Below are positions 56,558-64,000 of a DNA stretch of 64,000 nt, piece after piece. Origin of the DNA: a virus; IMG/VR virus record IMGVR_UViG_3300009550_000008, one strand, 5' to 3'. The notes under the pieces were generated by a model, which was given only the letters and a program-made list of their open reading frames with translations, had not been told where the DNA came from and ran no database searches. Position 1 is the stretch's first letter, and each line of letters opens with the position of its first letter. Made by a program: the position numbers and the translations under genes.

Positions 56558-59074
56558 ATGGATTTCTATACAAATGTCTGTCGAACCCGTGACAAAATTC
56601 TAGTCAAAGGATATCAAGGTAAGAAACAAGTCAAGATGGCTGTTTCTTATCGTCCTAATCACTACATCCCCTCGAAGAAAGGGGACACTGCATTCAAGTC
56701 ATTAGATGGTAGATCACTGGAAGCAGTGAATCTAAACTCTATGGGTGGTGCAAGAAAGTTTCGAGAGAGATACTCAGGTGTCGAAGGATTCGAAATCCAT
56801 GGATACGACAAGTATATCTACACTTATATCGCAGAGAAGTTCAAAGGTGATATAGAATACAATCCTAAACTAATCAAAGTTGCATCCCTCGATATCGAGT
56901 GTGAGTGTGAAGATGGATTCCCTGAACCAATGATTGCTGGAGAGAAGGTTAATGCAATCTCCATCAAACCATTTGGAAAAGAAACTGTAGTATTCGGTAT
57001 CGGCCCATGGAATCATGATCGTACTGATGTGATCTATCACGAATGTACAAACGAAGCAAACCTATTGATGAAGTTCATCAAGTATTGGAGAACTGAATCA
57101 TTCGATATCATTACAGGATGGAATGTGAACTCATTCGATATCACATATCTTTGTAATCGTATCGATAGAATCCTAGGTGAAGATGAACATAAAAAGCTAT
57201 CACCATGGAATCAATCAGATGTTCGTGAGTTTACTGCTCATGGATATCAGAAACAACAGGTTTACAATCTCTATGGTGTGAATGTTCTTGACTATCTAGA
57301 ACTATATCGTAAACATACATTTGTAAATCAAGAATCCTACAGACTAGATCACATTGCAAATGTCGAACTTGGTAAAAGTAAATTAGATTATTCAGAGTAT
57401 GGAAATCTGCATACACTTTACAAACAAGACTATCCAAAGTTTCTTGAGTATAATGTACAGGATGCTGTACTGGTCGAAGAACTAGAAGAGAAACTAGGAT
57501 TGATCGAACTCGTTCAAGCGATGAGTTACAATGCAAAGTGTAATTACAACGATACCTTTGGAATGGTGAAGTATTGGGAAACCATTATCTACAACTTCCT
57601 TAAAGAACAAAACATTCAAACACCACCACAAAGACTTAGGACTGGTAATGACAAGATGAAACCTATCATAGGTGCCTATGTCAAAGACCCGTTAGTCGGT
57701 GGTCATGATTGGGTGGTGTCGTTTGACTTGAACTCACTGTATCCACATATCATCATGCAGTACAATATCAGTCCTGAGAAGATGGTAAAAGAATACAAAG
57801 AGGATGTATCAATTGATCGATTACTCAACAAAGAATGTAATCTATCATATCTAAAACAACAGAACAACACAGTTTGTCCCAACGGTGCAAAATTCAAAAG
57901 AGATCGTCAAGGTTTCCTACCTGAACTCATGGAGAAATTCTATGATGAAAGGAAGCAATGGAAGAGAAAGATGATCGAATATCAGATTGAACGAGAATCT
58001 TGTAAAGATCGTAAACGACTTAGAGAACTCGATACTCTCATCAAGAGAGCAAACAACAATCAGATGGTTCGTAAGATTGCACTGAACTCAGCTTACGGTG
58101 CATTGGCAAATCAGTATTTTGCATTCTTTTCTATTGACCTTGCAGAGGCAATCACTACATCAGGTCAGTTGATTATCAAATGGTCTGAGAGAACTATCAA
58201 TGACTTCATGAACAAAACATTAGGTACTGAGGATGAAGACTTTGTAATTGCAATGGATACTGATTCAGTCTATATCACTATGGACAAACTGGTTCAGAAG
58301 GTTTTACCCGAAGAGACAGACAAGGGTAAGATCATCGACTTCTTAAACAAATCAGAAGGTATGTTTGAGAAGGTACTTGCAGATGGTTTCGATGAACTAT
58401 CTGAGTACACAAATGCCTTTCAAAACAAGATGGAAATGGGGAGAGAGGTGATCGCTGATCGTGGTATTTGGACTGCAAAGAAAAGATACATTCTAAATGT
58501 CCACGACAACGAGGGAGTTAGACTTGCAGAACCCAAACTGAAAATGATGGGTATCGAAACTGCAAAGTCGTCAACACCACAATGGGTTAGAACTAAACTC
58601 ACAGAAGCTTTTAAGGTTGTGATGAATGGTACTGAACAAGACCTATGGGAATTCGTAGAGACCTCACGAAAGGAATTTCGTAATCTACCACCTGAACAGG
58701 TTGCATTCCCGAGAGGATGCAAAGGTTTAGTCCAATATGCATGTCCAACACATATTTACTCCAAAGGAACTCCGATTCATGTTCGAGGTTCGCTGTTGTA
58801 CAATCATCATCTTAAAAAGAAGAACATCGACAGACGATATGAAATGATTAAGAACGGAGAAAAGATTGCATTCAGTTATCTAACCGTTCCAAATCCAATC
58901 AACGAGAATGTCATTTCATTCATGAATGTTCTACCGAGAGAGTTAGACCTACACCGTTTTATTGATTATGATATGCAATTCAACAAAGCTTTTGTTGACC
59001 CTCTAAAAGTCGTAATCAGTTTAATCGGGTGGAATGTTGAACCAGTTGCAAGTCTAGACTCCTTTTTTGGATAA
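56558..59074 (+). CDS. gp43: DNA polymerase, family B
   Basis: DIEC exonuclease motif, SFDLNSLYPHII, KIALNSAYG, MDTDS, KKRY. Confidence 0.98.
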   Translation: MDFYTNVCRTRDKILVKGYQGKKQVKMAVSYRPNHYIPSKKGDTAFKSLDGRSLEAVNLNSMGGARKFRERYSGVEGFEIHGYDKYIYTYIAEKFKGDIEYNPKLIKVASLDIECECEDGFPEPMIAGEKVNAISIKPFGKETVVFGIGPWNHDRTDVIYHECTNEANLLMKFIKYWRTESFDIITGWNVNSFDITYLCNRIDRILGEDEHKKLSPWNQSDVREFTAHGYQKQQVYNLYGVNVLDYLELYRKHTFVNQESYRLDHIANVELGKSKLDYSEYGNLHTLYKQDYPKFLEYNVQDAVLVEELEEKLGLIELVQAMSYNAKCNYNDTFGMVKYWETIIYNFLKEQNIQTPPQRLRTGNDKMKPIIGAYVKDPLVGGHDWVVSFDLNSLYPHIIMQYNISPEKMVKEYKEDVSIDRLLNKECNLSYLKQQNNTVCPNGAKFKRDRQGFLPELMEKFYDERKQWKRKMIEYQIERESCKDRKRLRELDTLIKRANNNQMVRKIALNSAYGALANQYFAFFSIDLAEAITTSGQLIIKWSERTINDFMNKTLGTEDEDFVIAMDTDSVYITMDKLVQKVLPEETDKGKIIDFLNKSEGMFEKVLADGFDELSEYTNAFQNKMEMGREVIADRGIWTAKKRYILNVHDNEGVRLAEPKLKMMGIETAKSSTPQWVRTKLTEAFKVVMNGTEQDLWEFVETSRKEFRNLPPEQVAFPRGCKGLVQYACPTHIYSKGTPIHVRGSLLYNHHLKKKNIDRRYEMIKNGEKIAFSYLTVPNPINENVISFMNVLPRELDLHRFIDYDMQFNKAFVDPLKVVISLIGWNVEPVASLDSFFG

Positions 59075-59082
59075 ATAGAAGT

Positions 59083-59505
59083 ATGGCATACAGTAAAAAG
59101 GTAGTAGATAGATTTAATAATGTTCTAAATGACCCTCAGAAACATGCAGTTGGGAGGTTTGACCCCAACGACCCGAATGTTGCAACAGGAATGGTAGGGG
59201 CACCAGCGTGTGGTGATGTCATGAAACTAGATTTAAAACTAGACATAGACGATAGAATCGAAGATGTAAAGTTTAAAACATACGGATGTGGTTCTGCAAT
59301 TGCATCATCAAGTTTGTTTGTTGATATGTTGATAGGTAAGACTATCTCAGAAGCAAAACAAATACAGGACAAAGATATTGCAGAGATATTAGAATTACCA
59401 CCGATCAAACTCCATTGTAGTGTATTGGCAGAGGAGGCCATATGTAAAGCAATCGAACACTGGGAGAAAAAAACCAGTAATCGAAAACATAATTACAATA
59501 AATAA
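59083..59505 (+). CDS. iscU: Fe-S cluster scaffold IscU
   Basis: GAPACGDVM, FKTYGCGSAIASSS, LPPIKLHCSVLAE. Confidence 0.95.
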   Translation: MAYSKKVVDRFNNVLNDPQKHAVGRFDPNDPNVATGMVGAPACGDVMKLDLKLDIDDRIEDVKFKTYGCGSAIASSSLFVDMLIGKTISEAKQIQDKDIAEILELPPIKLHCSVLAEEAICKAIEHWEKKTSNRKHNYNK

Positions 59506-59509
59506 CAAT

Positions 59510-59971
59510 ATGTACGAATATAATGTCAAGGTAGTAAAAGTTGTAGACGGCGACACAGTTGATGTCGACATCGATCTAGGATTTGGAATGACCTATAAAA
59601 AACAAAGAGTCCGCTTAATGGGCATCGATACACCTGAATCGCGTACTAGGGACAAAGTAGAGAAATTATTCGGAAAAGCTTCAAAGAAACATTTGAAGAA
59701 TTTAATGGAACAAGCAGAACAACTAACTCTAGTATCCCACGATAAAGGAAAGTTTGGAAGAATCCTCGGTGAATTATTCTCATATCACAATGTAGGACAT
59801 CCAGTACACGAAGTACATTTCTCTATCAATCAGCAAATGATTGATGACCATCATGCAGTAGATTACGCTGGTGGTAATAAAGAAGAGATACAAGAACAAC
59901 ACATGCAACATAGAACATTACTAATTGAGAAAGGAGTCGTTACTCAGGAAGATATCGACAAAGTGAAATGA
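59510..59971 (+). CDS. Thermonuclease (SNase-like)
   Basis: VVDGDT, RVRLMGIDTPES, GKFGRILG; start at 59510 (TAAATA-N5-ATG). Confidence 0.88.
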   Translation: MYEYNVKVVKVVDGDTVDVDIDLGFGMTYKKQRVRLMGIDTPESRTRDKVEKLFGKASKKHLKNLMEQAEQLTLVSHDKGKFGRILGELFSYHNVGHPVHEVHFSINQQMIDDHHAVDYAGGNKEEIQEQHMQHRTLLIEKGVVTQEDIDKVK

Positions 59972-60132
59972 TTATAGGTTTCCTTGACATCTTCTACATG
60001 ACAATCATTCTAGTAATATTCGGTTTCATTATTCATCTTGAAGCCCAAGTAAAGACTATCAAGACTATGATCGAGGGATACCTTGATACTAGGAATGGTA
60101 AAAAGATGAAAGATTTTCCAAAAAAGAAATAA
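59968..60132 (+). CDS. Small membrane protein (54 aa)
   Basis: MIIGFLDIFYMTIILVIFGFII...; ATGA overlap. Confidence 0.55.
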   Translation: MIIGFLDIFYMTIILVIFGFIIHLEAQVKTIKTMIEGYLDTRNGKKMKDFPKKK

Positions 60133-60187
60133 AACCCCCTTGTAAAATTACTCACTATATATTATAATGGTTATATCATTATGAGAG

Positions 60188-61246
60188 GTGAATATGTCAT
60201 TTTTAAAAGACTTAGTTAAAGCAACTGGAAACGAATATGCAAATATCGTATCCGATGGTGTTGCAGCTGGGGATGTAGACTCATTCGTTGATACGGGGAG
60301 TTATGTCTTCAATGCATTACTTAGTGGTTCACTACACGGTGGACTTCCAAAAAACAAAATCACTGCAATTGCTGGAGAATCTGCAACAGGTAAAACTTAT
60401 TTTGCCTTGGGAATGTGTAAACAATTCCTAGAAGATAATCCCGAAGCTGCAGTAATCTATTTCGAATCCGAATCTGCAATCAGTAAAGATATGATTGAGG
60501 ACAGAGGAATCGATTCTAAAAGAATTGTTATCGTGCCTGTAGTAACAGTTCAGGAATTCAGGAAACAGGCAATTTCTATATTAGACAAATATCTCGAAAC
60601 TGATGAATCAGAAAGACCACCTATGATGATGTGTCTTGATTCATTAGGAATGTTGTCTACTACTAAAGAGATCGAAGATACTGCAGAGGGTAAAGAAACC
60701 CGAGACATGACTCGAGCTCAAGTAGTTAAAGGTGCATTCAGAGTATTGACTCTAAAACTTGGTAGGGCAGGTGTCCCTATGATAGTGACTAACCACACTT
60801 ATGATGTGATTGGTTCCATGTTCCCACAAAAAGAAATGGGTGGTGGTAGTGGATTGAAGTATGCAGCTTCATCTATTATCTACTTGTCCAAGAAAAAAGA
60901 GAAGGAAGGAACCGAAGTTATTGGTAACATCATTCACTGTAAGAATGCAAAGTCAAGACTTACAGTTGAGAACAGAATAGTGGATGTTAGATTAAACTAT
61001 GAAACAGGTTTAGATAGATACTATGGATTACTTGATCTTGCACTTGCAAGTGGTATCTTCAAAAAGTCTTCAACAAGAGTTGAGCTACCAACAGGTAAAA
61101 CCGAATTTGCAAAAACAATAAACAACAACCCTGAGAAATTCTTCACTGATGAAGTGATGGAAAGATTAGAAGAAGTTGTAAGAGATTATTTTAAATATGG
61201 AAACGAGAATAGAACAGACGATACTCAAGAATCTGATTCAGAATGA
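60188..61246 (+). CDS. uvsX: RecA-like recombinase UvsX
   Basis: [38 protein letters not shown]; start may be 60194. Confidence 0.95.
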   Translation: MNMSFLKDLVKATGNEYANIVSDGVAAGDVDSFVDTGSYVFNALLSGSLHGGLPKNKITAIAGESATGKTYFALGMCKQFLEDNPEAAVIYFESESAISKDMIEDRGIDSKRIVIVPVVTVQEFRKQAISILDKYLETDESERPPMMMCLDSLGMLSTTKEIEDTAEGKETRDMTRAQVVKGAFRVLTLKLGRAGVPMIVTNHTYDVIGSMFPQKEMGGGSGLKYAASSIIYLSKKKEKEGTEVIGNIIHCKNAKSRLTVENRIVDVRLNYETGLDRYYGLLDLALASGIFKKSSTRVELPTGKTEFAKTINNNPEKFFTDEVMERLEEVVRDYFKYGNENRTDDTQESDSE

Positions 61247-62576
61247 AGAGTTTACACGGAAGTGTATTCCTTTTCTAAGGCCTGAGTATTTCACAGATAC
61301 ATCTGAAAGAACAATCTATGAATTTACATATGATTACTTTCAGAAGTATACTAAACCACCCACAATAGAAGCACTTCTCATAAATCTTGAGAACAGCACT
61401 TCCCTTAATGAGAAGACTCTCAAGGACACAAAATCTATTGTAAACGGTTTCGGTAGTGAAGAATCCCCACAGGAATGGCTGGTCGATGAGACAGAGCAGT
61501 GGTGCAAAGATAGAGCAATCTATATTGCAGTAATGGATTCAATCGAAGTGATCGATAAGAAGTCACAACGATCTACTGGTGAGATACCAGAGCTCTTAAA
61601 GGATGCACTCTCCGTGTCCTTTGATACACATATAGGACATGATGTATTAGAAGACGCGGACGATAGATTTGAATTCTATCATACGGAAGAAGAGAAGATT
61701 CCATTTGATCTAGAATACTTCAACAAAATCACAAAGGGTGGATTACCCAATAAGACACTGAACATTTGTCTTGCAGGCACAGGTGTTGGTAAGTCATTGT
61801 TCATGTGTCATATGGGTTCTGCAGCTTTGATGATGGGTAAGAATGTATTGTATATCACACTAGAAATGAGTGAAGAAAGAATTGCAGAGAGAATCGATGC
61901 AAACACTTTGAACATTCCTATGAAAGAACTTCCTGATATATCTAAGAAGATGTATGATAAGAAGATCGAGAAACTCAAGAACAAAACAAAAGGTAAACTA
62001 ATTGTAAAAGAGTATCCAACTGCAGCTGCACATGTCGGACATTTCAGACATCTATTGCAAGAGTTAGATATCAAGAAAGACTTCAAACCCGATATCATCT
62101 TTATCGATTATCTAAACATATGTTCATCACATAGAATCAGGCCTGGTTCAGGTGCAAACTCTTACACTTTGGTCAAGAGTATTGCAGAAGAACTTAGAGG
62201 ACTTGCAGTCGAATATGATGTACCTATTATGTCTGCAACTCAGACTACAAGATCAGGATACGGTTCGACAGATATTGGACTTGAAGATACATCAGAATCC
62301 TTTGGATTACCAGCGACAGCTGATATGATGTTTGCATTAATCACATCTGATGAACTCGAAGAACTAGATCAGTTGGTTGTAAAACAGTTGAAGAACAGAT
62401 ACAATGACCCAACTATATTCAAGAGATTTGTTATCGGTGTAGATAGATCAAGAATGAAACTATATGATTGTGAACAAGAAGCACAAGAAGAACTCTTAGA
62501 CTCAGGGGATGACTATGATGATAGTGTTCCAGTCGCCGACAGAGGAAGAGACAGATATTCGGACTTTAAGATATGA
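61197..62576 (+). CDS. gp41: Replicative helicase
   Basis: [46 protein letters not shown]. Confidence 0.96.
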   Translation: METRIEQTILKNLIQNEEFTRKCIPFLRPEYFTDTSERTIYEFTYDYFQKYTKPPTIEALLINLENSTSLNEKTLKDTKSIVNGFGSEESPQEWLVDETEQWCKDRAIYIAVMDSIEVIDKKSQRSTGEIPELLKDALSVSFDTHIGHDVLEDADDRFEFYHTEEEKIPFDLEYFNKITKGGLPNKTLNICLAGTGVGKSLFMCHMGSAALMMGKNVLYITLEMSEERIAERIDANTLNIPMKELPDISKKMYDKKIEKLKNKTKGKLIVKEYPTAAAHVGHFRHLLQELDIKKDFKPDIIFIDYLNICSSHRIRPGSGANSYTLVKSIAEELRGLAVEYDVPIMSATQTTRSGYGSTDIGLEDTSESFGLPATADMMFALITSDELEELDQLVVKQLKNRYNDPTIFKRFVIGVDRSRMKLYDCEQEAQEELLDSGDDYDDSVPVADRGRDRYSDFKI

Positions 62577-62716
62577 TAAAAAAGAAAAATATACAAAACA
62601 GAAGACAAAGAGCCCTAGATACTTTAATGAAAGTAAAGGAACCTAATGATCGTCAAAAGAAGGAGATTGCAATTCTGCAACAGCATCTAAAGCTGCAAAA
62701 CACTATTGACTCATAA
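62573..62716 (+). CDS. Small basic hypothetical protein (47 aa)
   Basis: ATGA overlap with the gp41 stop; open for 47 codons. Confidence 0.45.
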   Translation: MIKKKNIQNRRQRALDTLMKVKEPNDRQKKEIAILQQHLKLQNTIDS

Positions 62717-62739
62717 GGTATCATGGGTTATAATGGTAG

Positions 62740-62931
62740 ATGGTACAAAAAATGGTTGGGAAAACATTGAAATCTGATGAAGTAATTGAGAGTATTACCT
62801 ATAAAATACAACTCAAAAAAGACCTTAGACAGGCCAAATCAAAGGGTGATCTAAGAAAGGCTGATCTTATCCAACTAAAAATAAATCAAATAGAAGAAAA
62901 ACTTAAGTCGTCACCACTCTCCAAAACCTAA
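62740..62931 (+). CDS. Hypothetical protein
   Basis: Preceded by TTGACT-N17-TATAAT. Confidence 0.55.
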   Translation: MVQKMVGKTLKSDEVIESITYKIQLKKDLRQAKSKGDLRKADLIQLKINQIEEKLKSSPLSKT

Positions 62932-62967
62932 ATAGTTGGGTATAACTTTTTTTAGGAGAACATTTAC

Positions 62968-63420
62968 ATGGCATGGGCAGACGATATAATTTTATTAAAT
63001 CTTAGAATTGCTAGACAGCAAAGATATGTCGACTACTTAGAGGGTGCTAACTCTAATGTTTTTGGGCCTAGAGGTGCAAATGCAGACCCAATGAATCCAG
63101 CACATACAAACGGATGTGACCCTGATGATTCAACTGCAGCTTCTCATAGATGGACAGGAACAGGTGGTGCAAACGCATACTTTGCTTGGTGGAGATCACA
63201 ATTTTCATCCGCGGATGAGAACACAGCTGGTATAGAAGGTGCAGTATATGATGCATGGAAACACTGGAACGACACACTTTCACAGGACATTGCAAATGAG
63301 ACAGGATATGCAGACACACTTGCAGGGCATAAGACAACTATTACCAATCTCACAACCAAGAGAGACCTTTTACAAGCAAATATCGACAACGGTGTTGAGC
63401 AGAAAACTGCACCCGAATAA
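62968..63420 (+). CDS. Hypothetical late protein
   Basis: AGGAG RBS and upstream CTAAATA. Confidence 0.6.
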   Translation: MAWADDIILLNLRIARQQRYVDYLEGANSNVFGPRGANADPMNPAHTNGCDPDDSTAASHRWTGTGGANAYFAWWRSQFSSADENTAGIEGAVYDAWKHWNDTLSQDIANETGYADTLAGHKTTITNLTTKRDLLQANIDNGVEQKTAPE

Positions 63421-63472
63421 TAAAAAAGCATAAATAGTAGTATTACACAGGATTATGTGATATACTACTATT

Positions 63473-64000
63473 ATGGGTGCAAAGAACTTACATTTAGAAC
63501 ATTTAGAAGACGAGATCATCAATCAGGGTATTGATGGTGGTCGTGGTGCAATTAACTTTCTTCAAGGTCTAAGAGACATGTTGAAAGGTAATGCAAAGTC
63601 AGGGGTCAAGATGACCGTTAAATGGGACGGAGCTCCAGCGATATGGGCAGGGCCTCATCCCGAGACAGGACAATTCTTTGTTGCAAAGAAATCCCTCTTT
63701 ACCAAAGCACAACTTCACTACACCTCAGAACAACAAATCAAAGATGCACCTGAACTCTCAGGTGATCTACAAACCAAATTCCTAGAAGCATTCAAACACC
63801 TTTCAAAGTTAAACTTTAGTAAGATATTACAGGGTGACTTGATGTTTACATCAGGTGATAAGAAGATGTCTACCATTGATGGTGAGTCATTCATAACATT
63901 CGGGCCAAACACAATTACATATGCAGTTCAAACATCGAGTGAACTGGGTAAACAAATAGCTGGTGCAAAATTAGGAATCGTATTCCATACCACATATACA
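63473..64000 (+). CDS. Conserved T4-like phage protein (DUF6267-like), truncated by the window edge
   Basis: MGAKNLHLEHLED...TVKWDGAPA...QGDLMF; ligase-like KxDG motif; no stop before the window end. Confidence 0.7.
   Translation, partial: MGAKNLHLEHLEDEIINQGIDGGRGAINFLQGLRDMLKGNAKSGVKMTVKWDGAPAIWAGPHPETGQFFVAKKSLFTKAQLHYTSEQQIKDAPELSGDLQTKFLEAFKHLSKLNFSKILQGDLMFTSGDKKMSTIDGESFITFGPNTITYAVQTSSELGKQIAGAKLGIVFHTTYT

Noticed and set aside
13353-62576. Introns or inteins in gp17, gp20, gp23, gp43, uvsX or gp41, or a recoded stop codon
   Set aside because: These genes are uninterrupted, of normal length, and end at standard stops
21-63912. Minus-strand ORFs and nested alternative-frame ORFs in the ORF track
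   Set aside because: They lie within well-supported + strand genes, show no recognisable motifs, and look like codon-bias shadows

Overview
This is a 64-kb, AT-rich piece of a T4-like myovirus genome (pelagimyophage/cyanomyophage-type gene order, probably aquatic). All genes I can support are on the + strand. In order: the end of a tail-fibre region; a fibre-associated glycosyltransferase and 2OG-Fe(II) oxygenase cassette; neck, tail and head genes gp13-gp23; gp3, uvsY, uvsW, gp55, gp47, gp46; PDF; tRNA-Arg(UCU); an early region (CobT/CobS-like, ParB-like); gp45, gp44, gp62, regA; a curli-like CsgF/CsgG/curlin + FecR + CHASE2-adenylate cyclase island; Hsp20 and AhpC; a C5-MTase + TET/JBP + twin P-loop kinase cluster; lysozyme, gp43, IscU, SNase, uvsX and gp41. 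The most striking observation is two adjacent ORFs (2624-3910 and 3910-4602), each with 23 repeat units of 8 or 10 aa. Their length patterns are exact mirror images and their unit types pair reciprocally, with a Hint (intein-like) domain at the junction. This suggests a two-chain antiparallel zipper fibre, and it lies next to candidate hydroxylation and glycosylation enzymes. Also notable: in the dipeptide contexts I checked, CCNGG and GGNCC sites occur only when they overlap a GpC, which fits the MTase/TET cluster; and eight genes have late-promoter geometry that predicts leaderless mRNAs. All product calls come from motif recognition and synteny, not from database searches.
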